Source: an uncultured delta proteobacterium (lineage in GTDB: Bacteria; Desulfobacterota; Binatia; Binatales; Binataceae). Taken from it: DNA of 64,000 nucleotides. How positions within the stretch are numbered: position 1 is the stretch's first letter; each line of letters opens with the position of its first letter. The translations under genes were made by a program, and so were the position numbers. Positions 46,779 to 55,561 of this stretch are shown here, piece after piece. The stretch lies in NCBI GenBank assembly GCA_963711565.1, contig CAVQEQ010000003.1:704001-768000 (forward strand). Direction: 5' to 3'. A model generated the notes under the pieces. That model did no database searches. It saw only the letters and a list, made by a program, of their open reading frames with translations, and was not told the origin of the DNA.

Positions 46779-47414
46779 ATGGCGAAGCGCCTGCGTTTAA
46801 TCATCGCCGACGACCACTCGATTTTTCGCCAGGGTCTGAAGGAGCTGCTGCTGCTGCAGCCCGACGTCGAAGTGGTCGGCGAAGTCGCGCGCTTCAGCGA
46901 TCTCGCATCGATGCTGACGACCACGTCTTGCGATGTGCTCCTGCTCGATCTGCAAATGGAACGCTGGGTGGGCGGCAATATCGAACGGCTCAGCCGGATC
47001 ACCCGCGTCGTCGTGTTGACCGCGAGCGAGCGCAAGGAAGACGCGATGGCGGCGCTGCGGATGGGCGCGCACGCGTTCGTGCAAAAACGTTACGCGGTGG
47101 AAACCCTGATGGAAGCGATCCGGTCCGCGGCGCGGGGGCTGGTGTGGATTCCTCCCGCATTGCAGGCGGAACTCGCCGCCCAGCTCCGATCGCCCGCAAG
47201 CCGCCAGCTCTCCGACCGCGAGACCGAGATCATCCGCTGTATCGGCTTGGGGCTGCGGAACGCGGAAGTCGCCCGCCGGCTCTCGATCGGCGAAAGTACG
47301 GTCAAGACACATCTCAACAACATCTTTCAGAAGCTCGGCATCCGCGACCGTGTCGAGCTGGCGCTCTACGCGCAACGTGTTGGACTGGCGGAAGGGCCGC
47401 GCGGCAAACGCTAG
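46779..47414 (+). CDS. NarL/LuxR-family response regulator
   Basis: IADDH, LLDL, LT, K; LSDRETEI...NAEVA...TVKTHLNNIFQKL HTH. Confidence 0.93.
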   Translation: MAKRLRLIIADDHSIFRQGLKELLLLQPDVEVVGEVARFSDLASMLTTTSCDVLLLDLQMERWVGGNIERLSRITRVVVLTASERKEDAMAALRMGAHAFVQKRYAVETLMEAIRSAARGLVWIPPALQAELAAQLRSPASRQLSDRETEIIRCIGLGLRNAEVARRLSIGESTVKTHLNNIFQKLGIRDRVELALYAQRVGLAEGPRGKR

Positions 47415-47474
47415 TCCGAGTGCGATTGCTATTTGGGGCGTTTCGCTTTGCGCGCCAAAGTCATAAATCCGGTT

Positions 47475-47906
47475 TCAATTGTCTTGCTCGAAATTCCGCC
47501 GGATCGCATCGCGTATCTGATCGACCGGCGAGCCCTGCTCCGACATCCGCTTCGCCAGCAGCGCCTCGCCGGTGCAAATTTCGCACGACGAGCCGTGCAT
47601 CCCGCGGTAGCAATCGAGCAGGTTCTGATGGCCTTCCGCCTTGTCGCATCCGCAGTAGCAATGCAATTCCGCGAGCAGCGCGGGATTTTGCTCGGCAAAT
47701 TTGTATGCTTCCTTTACCGGACCGACGAACTGATTTGGATCGAGCGTCAAGCGCCCCTGCGTTCCATCTGCCGCGACGGTTTCCGCCGCCTCCGCCCGCC
47801 CCGCGCCGCGCGCGCTATTCACCGATGAACCGCCGAGCATCGGCCACAGGTATGCAAGCGCGGTAATCGCAGCGAACGAGGAGCCAAGAATTATAGTCCG
47901 TCTCAC
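47475..47906 (-). CDS. PCYCGC-motif protein (paralog 2)
   Basis: N-terminal anchor; HCYCGC...GHQNLLDCY...HGSSCEIC. Confidence 0.85.
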   Translation of the reverse strand: MRRTIILGSSFAAITALAYLWPMLGGSSVNSARGAGRAEAAETVAADGTQGRLTLDPNQFVGPVKEAYKFAEQNPALLAELHCYCGCDKAEGHQNLLDCYRGMHGSSCEICTGEALLAKRMSEQGSPVDQIRDAIRRNFEQDN

Positions 47907-47972
47907 GCTGCACCACCCATGTTCAGTACGCCGTCAGCAATTGCAAATTCGCTCCGAGGTAAAACACGCTAC

Positions 47973-48839
47973 TCAATGCGGCGGCGGTGTATTGGCCAGC
48001 ACCACCGACCATCCAAGCACGACTGCCAACAGGACGCATTCCACGGCCACGTTTCGAACCAGCGTAGCACGGGCCGAAGATTCTCCGATCGATCCTACCA
48101 GCCGATATCGATTGTAGCCGCCAATCAGGATCACCGTGGCCGCCGTGCCGACCTTCCACAGCAGCGTCCGCCCGTAAAGCGAATTCACCAACAGATCGAG
48201 ATGCAATCCCAACGTATCCCACGCCCTGATCGCGCCGGTCACAATCAGTGCGGCGACTGACCATCCCGCGATCGTCGATACTCGCGACGTTGCCGACCGC
48301 AGCCAATCCGCACCGGCATGTCCGTAGGTCGCGCCTATCAACAGCGAGACCAGCGCGCCGATCCACATGCCCGCCGCGGCCTGATGCGCGAAATGAACGG
48401 AGATCGCAAATGCGCCTTTGTCGATCGCATGACTCGTTACGCTTTGCAGCGCGAGCAGAGCCGCCGAGATGGCGAATATCAGCGCCGTCGCAAGCCGCCC
48501 CGGCGCGGGAATCCAGGCCACCAGAGCCAACAGCAGCGCCGTCGCGAGTCTCCACGTCCATACCCGGCCGGCAAAAGTCTCGCGCATAATCTGCGGCATC
48601 ACCGGAATAACTTCTCTGAAGGTCGAATCCGCCATTCCCGCGCCGACGGACAAGAGTCTGAGCGGCGACATCACGACTACAATCAGAGCGAGCACTCGCC
48701 ACAGCGACGCCATGCTTCTGCTCCATCGTTCGCCGTCGGCGAGATCGCGCGGCGCCGCCACCAGCGCGAAAGCCGTAGTTCCGAATATCAGCACTTGCGA
48801 CCCTACCAACGGCCACGCGAAGATTGGCTGCGGGATCAC
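47973..48839 (-). CDS. copD: copper resistance inner-membrane protein CopD
   Basis: TSHA, HFAHQAAAGMWIG, YGRTLLWK, NRYRL, E...LANTPP; GTGA overlap with copC. Confidence 0.85.
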   Translation of the reverse strand: MIPQPIFAWPLVGSQVLIFGTTAFALVAAPRDLADGERWSRSMASLWRVLALIVVVMSPLRLLSVGAGMADSTFREVIPVMPQIMRETFAGRVWTWRLATALLLALVAWIPAPGRLATALIFAISAALLALQSVTSHAIDKGAFAISVHFAHQAAAGMWIGALVSLLIGATYGHAGADWLRSATSRVSTIAGWSVAALIVTGAIRAWDTLGLHLDLLVNSLYGRTLLWKVGTAATVILIGGYNRYRLVGSIGESSARATLVRNVAVECVLLAVVLGWSVVLANTPPPH

Positions 48840-49225
48840 GATCCGCCGTTTACGACCGAGAAGGTGTACGAACCGTTCGTGTGATGCGTGTCGATGCACA
48901 CGACCGCCCACTTGACTGTGTAGTCGCCGGGCTTCAGCGCGCCCAATTTGACCGACAACTGGATTCCGTCGTCGCTGACTTGCGGCGTTCCGACCGCCAG
49001 GTTCTGCCCGTCAGCGCCCGTCACTTCCAGCTTGGCGAACAGCTTCTCGATTGGTGCGTCGAATTTGATCGTCACCTCCGACGGCGCCGATCCTAGTGTC
49101 TGCCCCGCCTTCGGACTTTCCTCCTCGGGAAACGAATGCGCGGAGGCCGGAATCGGAATACTCACTACAATTGCCAGTAGCGCGGGAGCGAATAGCAACA
49201 TTTTTCGGACGTTCATGGTTCTCAT
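48836..49225 (-). CDS. copC: periplasmic copper-binding protein CopC
   Basis: Signal peptide then N-terminal His (SA|HSFP), P.AG..L..AP, YTVKW, DTH..NGSYTF. Confidence 0.9.
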   Translation of the reverse strand: MRTMNVRKMLLFAPALLAIVVSIPIPASAHSFPEEESPKAGQTLGSAPSEVTIKFDAPIEKLFAKLEVTGADGQNLAVGTPQVSDDGIQLSVKLGALKPGDYTVKWAVVCIDTHHTNGSYTFSVVNGGS

Positions 49226-50136
49226 TCTCCGTACAACTTCCAGTTGCCTTGCGGAAATATCGAGTCGTAGAAAATATCCAACAGCCCGAGGATTGCCGCA
49301 TGATTGCCGGATACGCTTGCCTGGTTGAGCGCGAACTGGGTGCCGACGCTGAGTTCGAAACGGTAGCTGACGTACGCAATTCCAGGCGTCACCAGGATCG
49401 TCGGGAAGGTCTGGCCCGACGGTCCTTTCACCAGTTGGTTGTAGTTGAATTCATTGAACAGAAACAGATTGCGCAGCGGCCACTTGAGTCCGATGTCCTG
49501 CACGTTGTTGCTCAGGTACAGGAGCGAGTACTCGATCATCCCGTCGGCAAACATATTGTGACTGGTATGTCCGCCCAACGCGGGGATATAGCCGTAGTCA
49601 AACTGGAATCCAATCGGCCGCAGCCACTTCAGCAGCGTGGTGTTGGGCAAGTCGCCGAGCGCCTTCGCTCCGATCAATTCCGGGCCGAGGCTCGTATGCT
49701 GTTGGGACTGAACGGATGGATTGCCCGTGGGTAAATCCAGCACCGCCTTCGCCGACAAAATAAATTCATGTTGCGGAATGATTAGAAACGCATACTTGGC
49801 GAACAGTTCCAAATCGTCGAACCCGCTGACATTGGCCCCCTGCTTTGGCGATTGGTAGATCCAGGTCGAGCCGCCGCCGACGCTGAATCGCGGCAAGTTG
49901 TCGCTGTCGGTGCCGAGCAGTTTTTCGATTGACGAACCGATTGAGAAAGTGCGGCCACCGGAATTCCGGTTCCAGTCCGGCGCGACTATATCCGCCTCGT
50001 TGGCCGGAGTCGCGTCGTCGGTCACCAGCGGCTCCAGGAATATGTAATCCCCTACGACTCCGTGCGCGTACACTGCGCTCGCGCGCAGCGCGATCACTGC
50101 TATCAAAGCTAACACAAGACTTTTCCGCATTATCAT
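49222..50136 (-). CDS. putative outer-membrane beta-barrel protein with N-terminal His
   Basis: Signal peptide (YA|HGVVG); amphipathic strands such as FDDLELFAKYAF, LDLPTG, LVTPGIAY; translationally coupled to copC. Confidence 0.55.
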   Translation of the reverse strand: MIMRKSLVLALIAVIALRASAVYAHGVVGDYIFLEPLVTDDATPANEADIVAPDWNRNSGGRTFSIGSSIEKLLGTDSDNLPRFSVGGGSTWIYQSPKQGANVSGFDDLELFAKYAFLIIPQHEFILSAKAVLDLPTGNPSVQSQQHTSLGPELIGAKALGDLPNTTLLKWLRPIGFQFDYGYIPALGGHTSHNMFADGMIEYSLLYLSNNVQDIGLKWPLRNLFLFNEFNYNQLVKGPSGQTFPTILVTPGIAYVSYRFELSVGTQFALNQASVSGNHAAILGLLDIFYDSIFPQGNWKLYGE

Positions 50137-50200
50137 TCATCACGGCCGCGAGGGCCGCATCCTCTACTGGTATAAATTGGGTTAAATTGAGTTTCGTGAT

Positions 50201-50665
50201 CTATGGTTCCGTGACTGCGACGCGCACGGACCGGTCGGCAAGCGAGCGTAAATAGACGAACAGCGCGCTCGCGAACAACACCGCGTCCAACGCGAGCTCG
50301 ATCCACATTCTCGGACGTGATGGAGCGCCGGCGCCGAAACAGCCGCAGTCGAGTGTGAGACCTCGCAGCAGCGCCGACGCCAACGCCGTGAAAAATACCG
50401 CGGAGAGCAGAACGACGGCGATCGCCCCTACCCGCCTGGTCCGCGGCCCGAGCAACAAGAGCCCGCATGCGATCTCGAATGGCGGCAGACCCAGCGCGAG
50501 CAAGTTGATGAACACCGCCGGCAGGATCCCAAACGCCGCGATGCTGTCGGCGAATTGCAGCGGGTCGCGCAACTTGTCGATGCCCGCATAGATGAATACC
50601 GCCGCCATCGCCAGGCTCACCGCAAGCAGCACGTAGCGAAGACGCGGGTTGTCCGATGCCATCAT
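50201..50665 (-). CDS. MauE/DoxX family membrane protein
   Basis: VFIYAGIDK, LPPFEIACG, RGLTLDCGCFG. Confidence 0.88.
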   Translation of the reverse strand: MMASDNPRLRYVLLAVSLAMAAVFIYAGIDKLRDPLQFADSIAAFGILPAVFINLLALGLPPFEIACGLLLLGPRTRRVGAIAVVLLSAVFFTALASALLRGLTLDCGCFGAGAPSRPRMWIELALDAVLFASALFVYLRSLADRSVRVAVTEP

Positions 50666-51249
50666 TTTCCGCTCCCTGTCGATGCCGGCAGTCCTGCCGC
50701 CGACCATGCTTCCCACCCGCCGGTGAAGACGCTGACATTGCTGAAGCCGAGACTCAGCAACGCGTTTGCGACGAGGCGGCTGTCATGACACTCGCCACCG
50801 GAGCAGTACACGATAACCCGCTTGTCGGTGGCAGCTTGCAACACGCCGGAGAGACTCCGATAGTCGTGCGCGAAGTCATCTCGCGCGAGATTCAACGCTC
50901 CCGGCACGTGCCCCTGCTCGAAGAAAACCGACGGCCGCGCATCAAGGATGAGAGCGCTCTTGTTGTCAACGGCTGAACGGAATTCATCGAGTCCGATCGT
51001 TGCGGCGGGCGCGATCTTGAACGGCGGCGCCGCGACCAGGGTCGTCAGCTCGGCATCGAACCTTTGCTCCGGCGTCTGAAAGACCATCGGAAGTGGCGCC
51101 GGGTAATAGCGGTTCATCGCGAGTCCAGCGGCAAGGGACGCTGCTGCGAGTACTGCAACAACGCCGAGATCGCGAACAAGCTGCGAGCCGAGGCTCCTCG
51201 CTCGACGCGCCGGATCGTGGGTGGTTATCGACGAGACTGCTGAAGTCAT
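50662..51249 (-). CDS. membrane-anchored rhodanese-domain protein
   Basis: ILDAR, GHVPGALN, YCSGGEC, GGWEAW. Confidence 0.9.
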   Translation of the reverse strand: MTSAVSSITTHDPARRARSLGSQLVRDLGVVAVLAAASLAAGLAMNRYYPAPLPMVFQTPEQRFDAELTTLVAAPPFKIAPAATIGLDEFRSAVDNKSALILDARPSVFFEQGHVPGALNLARDDFAHDYRSLSGVLQAATDKRVIVYCSGGECHDSRLVANALLSLGFSNVSVFTGGWEAWSAAGLPASTGSGK

Positions 51250-51259
51250 ATCTGTGTGA

Positions 51260-51862
51260 TCAGCTGGCCGGACGGCTGCCGGCTGACGCATCTCCATCAA
51301 GGACTCGTTGCAAATGACTGGCAGGAGATTCGTGCCCGGCGTGGCCGTCGTGGCCGGTACTCAGGGCGCAGGCCGGCGCGGCGCTGGTATGTGGCGGCTT
51401 GAAGTCCGACGGGACCAAACGCTCGCGCGCCGCCCATCGGTCGAAATTGCCGGGATTGCTCGCCAGCACGCGAAATCGCATGCAGACGGTGTCACAGCCA
51501 CAGCCGGAATCGCAATTTCCGTAGAGCTCACCCGGTGACTTGAGGATCAGATCGAGCGGGCGCGTCTTGCCGGGCAGGATGCTTACCGCATCCTTCATCC
51601 CGAGAATCCAGAAGCTGTGGATCACATCGGCGGAAGCAAGCTCGAGCCGGACGTTCGTGTCGCTGGGCAGGTACAAAACATTGCTGGTCTTGATGCCGAG
51701 AGTCGGGTAGTCGAATTCCCACCACCACTGATGCGCGACCGCTTTGACCGTCAGTTCAGGCCGGGTCGCGCCACCGCCGACGGCTCGCGCGAGAAAGAGC
51801 GCTGCTGCACAGACGCACGCCAGACCGACCATCGCTCCGACCAATGTTCGTGACGACTTCAA
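51260..51862 (-). CDS. cytochrome c oxidase subunit II-like cupredoxin with atypical CuA motif
   Basis: HQWWWEFDY, SADVIHSFW, PG, G.CDSGCGCDTVCM; TTGA overlap with the upstream SCO gene. Confidence 0.75.
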   Translation of the reverse strand: MKSSRTLVGAMVGLACVCAAALFLARAVGGGATRPELTVKAVAHQWWWEFDYPTLGIKTSNVLYLPSDTNVRLELASADVIHSFWILGMKDAVSILPGKTRPLDLILKSPGELYGNCDSGCGCDTVCMRFRVLASNPGNFDRWAARERLVPSDFKPPHTSAAPACALSTGHDGHAGHESPASHLQRVLDGDASAGSRPAS

Positions 51863-52557
51863 GCATGAGCCTCGTGAAGGGTCGCCGCGATGATCGCGCC
51901 GTTGCCGGCCGCCACCGGCTCGTTCGCCACGGCTCGCTCCACGTCGCTCGCAACGCGATCCGGCTCGGCCTTTTCTCCCATGTACTGCAGCAATGCCTTG
52001 CCATTCGCGTCGACCAGGAAGAACTCGAGAACGTGATCGACCGTACCGTCGGCTTCGTGCTGCCGAATCAAGTCGAATCGCGCCAGCACATCGTCGATCT
52101 GCTTTGGCGTGCCGGTAAGGAACAGCCATCCGTTAACGTCAGCGCCCTGAGCCTTCGCGTAGGCGTTTAGCTGCGCGGGGTGATCGTGTTCGGGATCGAC
52201 CGTTATCGACACGATGCGCGCTTCCGTTCCAAGCTTGGGCCCGAGTCGATCGGCGATCTGTTTCATCCGGCTCGTCAGGACAAGACACGGTCCGGGACAG
52301 CTGGTGTAAATGAAATCGAACAGCACCGGTTTGCCTTTCAGCGACGCCAGCGAGACCTTCTTGCCGTTCTGATCGAGCAACGTGATGTCGGGCAGGCAGT
52401 CGGAGGTATTGCGCACCTCGAACCCTCCGCGCTCGCCGATATTTTCCTCCGGCTGGCGGCAACCAGTTAGAACCTTCGCGCCCGCGAAAACAACCAGCAT
52501 CGTCAGAAATAAGCTCTTCCCGATCGACAAAACGGTTCTCGTGGATTGCATCACCAT
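51859..52557 (-). CDS. SCO1/SenC copper chaperone
   Basis: FIYTSCPGPC (CxxxC), SITVDPEHD, WLFLTG, conserved His (VDH). Confidence 0.92.
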   Translation of the reverse strand: MVMQSTRTVLSIGKSLFLTMLVVFAGAKVLTGCRQPEENIGERGGFEVRNTSDCLPDITLLDQNGKKVSLASLKGKPVLFDFIYTSCPGPCLVLTSRMKQIADRLGPKLGTEARIVSITVDPEHDHPAQLNAYAKAQGADVNGWLFLTGTPKQIDDVLARFDLIRQHEADGTVDHVLEFFLVDANGKALLQYMGEKAEPDRVASDVERAVANEPVAAGNGAIIAATLHEAHA

Positions 52558-52560
52558 TTT

Positions 52561-53016
52561 TCAATTGTCCCCGGCGTATTGTCTGCGGAGCGCATCGCGT
52601 ATCTGCTCGACCGGCGAGCCCTGCTCCGACAGTTGCTCCGCCGTCAGCGCCTCGCCGAGGCAGATTGCGCACACCGAGGCGTGGGTGCCTCGGTAACAAT
52701 CGAGCAGATTCCTATGGCCGTACGTCTTGTCGCATCCGCAGTAGCAATGCAGTTGAGCCAGCAGCGCGGGGTTCTTCTTCGCAACCTCGTACGCCTGCTT
52801 TACCGGCCCGACGAACTGGTTGGGATCGAGTGTCACGCGCTCGGGCGCCGCGTTGGCCGCGAGAGTCTCGGCCTCCGCCCGTGCGGTGCAGCAGCAATGA
52901 CCCAGGATGCACATCGCGCCACGCTCAGTTGACGAAGCGCCGAAAGTCGGCAGCCACAGGTATGCCAGCGTCAGGATCGCCGCAATCGAGGAGCCCAAAA
53001 TGATTGCTCGTCGCAT
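52561..53016 (-). CDS. PCYCGC-motif protein (paralog 1)
   Basis: HCYCGC...GHRNLLDCY...HASVCAIC, plus an extra CILGHCCC segment. Confidence 0.85.
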   Translation of the reverse strand: MRRAIILGSSIAAILTLAYLWLPTFGASSTERGAMCILGHCCCTARAEAETLAANAAPERVTLDPNQFVGPVKQAYEVAKKNPALLAQLHCYCGCDKTYGHRNLLDCYRGTHASVCAICLGEALTAEQLSEQGSPVEQIRDALRRQYAGDN

Positions 53017-53026
53017 GCTGTGTCTC

Positions 53027-53620
53027 TCAACCATTGTTCAGAGTTTTCTTAACGTCATCGACGATGTCCTGGGCCTTGACGATCTCGCCGTTGTACTCGC
53101 GCACCAGCCGCCCGTCGGGCCCGACCAGCATCATGTTGACTAGGTGACCAACCGATCCGTCCGGCTCGACTTCACGGCTGAGCTTGAACCCCGCCAGCGC
53201 CTGATCGATATCCGCCGGGCCGCCCGTCAGGAAATACCAGCCTTTCTCGTCCGCCCCTTGCTGGCGCGAGTAATTGAGTAACTGCTTGGGGCCGTCATGC
53301 TCGGGATCGACGCTGATCGAAACGAGCGTCACCTTGGAGCCGAGATCGCTGCCCAGCCGCAGCGCGACGTTCGCAAACTTCGCCGTCTCCATCAGGCACG
53401 GTCCGGGGCATGACGTGTAGATGAAATCCACTACCAGCGGCTTGCCCTTGAGCGACGAGAGCTCGACCGTGTTGCCGTTCTGATCGACGAGCTTGGTGTC
53501 GGTTAGAACACTGGCGGTGCTGTTCGCGGTTGAGCCGCCATGACATCCCGCAACCGAACACAAGCTCAACGTCGCGACCAGCGCGATTGCGAGAGATCTG
53601 AGATTAGAACGAATACGCAT
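53027..53620 (-). CDS. SCO1/SenC copper chaperone (lipoprotein)
   Basis: Lipobox VAGC; FIYTSCPGPC, SISVDPEHD, WYFLTG, VGH; GAGGGG RBS. Confidence 0.92.
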   Translation of the reverse strand: MRIRSNLRSLAIALVATLSLCSVAGCHGGSTANSTASVLTDTKLVDQNGNTVELSSLKGKPLVVDFIYTSCPGPCLMETAKFANVALRLGSDLGSKVTLVSISVDPEHDGPKQLLNYSRQQGADEKGWYFLTGGPADIDQALAGFKLSREVEPDGSVGHLVNMMLVGPDGRLVREYNGEIVKAQDIVDDVKKTLNNG

Positions 53621-53808
53621 ATCTGTATCCCTCTGGTAAGTGCGATTCTCTAGTTGCCGATTAGGCACTGATACCTATCTCTTTTACTCTTCCCCGCCTC
53701 AGAAACCGTAACTCAGAATCAGCTTGCCCGCGAAGCCGCGTCCTGCACTCGCGAGCCATCAGGCTCTCGCGAGCAATCATTCTTGCGCGAAAATTTGAAA
53801 CTAATGCG

Positions 53809-54129
53809 CTAGCTGAACAGCTTGGGCGGAGGCGGATCGGGAGCTTCGGCGAGTTTACTCTTCAGGATAGGTTCGAATTGAGCGAGGCTCTCGTGCGAAA
53901 GAACTCTCGCGTCGATGCCGGGCTGCGCGGGGCGCGCGATCTGCACGATGCCCGGCGCGCTGTCGAGCGCTTGCAGGGGATGACAGATGTCCATCGAGAT
54001 AGTCGGCCCCGAGCGATCGGCAATGATAATCACGCCGAGCGACGGCAGAGTCGCCATCATCATGATGAACGCCATCGCAGCGGCCAGTTGCCGCATAAAA
54101 GCGCGATCGATTGTCATCGCGGTTGCCAT
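53809..54129 (-). CDS. small exported protein with C-terminal poly-Pro (CutF/DUF2946-like candidate leader)
   Basis: Hydrophobic N-terminus, MDICHP, ends APDPPPPKLFS; directly upstream of the SCO operon. Confidence 0.5.
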   Translation of the reverse strand: MATAMTIDRAFMRQLAAAMAFIMMMATLPSLGVIIIADRSGPTISMDICHPLQALDSAPGIVQIARPAQPGIDARVLSHESLAQFEPILKSKLAEAPDPPPPKLFS

Positions 54130-54131
54130 GG

Positions 54132-54578
54132 TCAGAAGAGCGCGCGTCCACCTTTCAAATCCGCAGTTTTGATCCGCACGACTCCCGCATCTTCCTCATG
54201 CTGCAGGCTGACGGGCACACACGACGCCTTGCCCTCAGTCATCTGATCAACCGGATAGTGATTGCCGCAGACCCGGCAAATCAATTCGCCGTCAACCACG
54301 CGGTAGCCGCTGTGGTACGCCGAACACTGGCGGCATGCGTCGAACACCGAGCGCACTTTGCCGTCGTTGCCGCGCGCGAGCACGAAGCGCAGCCGCTTGC
54401 CGGCGTCGTCGGTGTAGCAGAAAACCCGCGCAATCCCGGGACGCAGCGCGGACACGTTGACGGCCACGTCGTCGATGCCGCTCACGGTTGTGCAGTTTGA
54501 GGTCGCGGTGAAGATGAGAAACGCGGCACCCGCCGCGAGCACCAGCCCGCCGAGAATCCTGAACTTGCCCGCACCCAT
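54132..54578 (-). CDS. Fe-S-containing protein (DUF2318/FtrD-like)
   Basis: N-terminal TM; DACRQC...GY...LICRVCG...CVP. Confidence 0.8.
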   Translation of the reverse strand: MGAGKFRILGGLVLAAGAAFLIFTATSNCTTVSGIDDVAVNVSALRPGIARVFCYTDDAGKRLRFVLARGNDGKVRSVFDACRQCSAYHSGYRVVDGELICRVCGNHYPVDQMTEGKASCVPVSLQHEEDAGVVRIKTADLKGGRALF

Positions 54579-54612
54579 GACGGCTCAATGCTGTCGCAGC
54601 GGAGCGCGAGCG

Positions 54613-55561
54613 TCAAGGTGCGACCGAGTCCGTCAGCATCACTTGTTTGATCCTCTCGGTCAGATCCATCACGCGAAGTCCGTCGTCGGCGCTGACCGCC
54701 GGCGTCGATCTGCCGCGAACCGCCGCCACGAAAGACTTGACCTCGTCGGCCAGCGGGTCGCCTTCGCCGAACTCGATCTGTTCCGCCAAAATCGTCGGGA
54801 ACTGCGCGCCACGCGCCGGCGGAGTTTTGCGATACATCTGGATGCTGCGCGCCTCGTAGTCGACCGAGATGTACGCGTCGGGCTGAAAGAAGCGAATCTT
54901 GCGCTCGCGGCGAGCCGACACGCGACTAGTCACCAGATTCGCGATTAGACCGCTCTGGAAGCGGATGCGCGCGTTGGCGAGGTCGATTCGATCGGTAAGG
55001 ATCGCGACGCCGACCGCCTCCAGCGACGCGACTTCCGACGGCGCCAGCGACAGGATCACGTCGAGATCGTGCACCATCAGATCGAGCACCACGTCCACGT
55101 CGGTGCCGCGCTCGGTGAACGGCGCGAGCCGATGGCATTCGACGAAGCGCGGATTTTTCACGATCGAATGCAGATGCACGACCGCCGGATTGAACCGCTC
55201 GAGATGGCCGATCTGAAGAATGCGCGCGCTCGACGACGCCAGCCCGGCCAGGTCGCGCGCCTGCGCCAGCGTTTCCGCCATCGGTTTTTCCAGCAGCACG
55301 TCGATGCTCGCTGTCAGCATCGCGGACGCGATCTCATGATGGGTCACGCCGGGCGACGCAATCGTCACCAAGTCGATCTTACCCGCCAGCGCGCGGTAGT
55401 CGGTTAGCGCCGTCGCGCCAACTTCGGTCGCCAGCGCGCGCGCCCGCTCAACGTCGAGATCGACGATGTGCGCGAGCTTGATGCCCGCGATTGCGGCGTA
55501 CTTGCGCGCGTGCAGAGTGCCGCAGGCCCGCGCCAATGACCGCGGCACGCAGCTCAGCCAT
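54613..55561 (-). CDS. Gfo/Idh/MocA oxidoreductase (GnnA-like), frameshift near 55523
   Basis: ATG 55561 gives MAELRAAVIGAG; after the frame change GTLHARKY...EKP...GHLERFNPA...DLMVHDLD; position after lpxA-lpxI. Confidence 0.8.
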
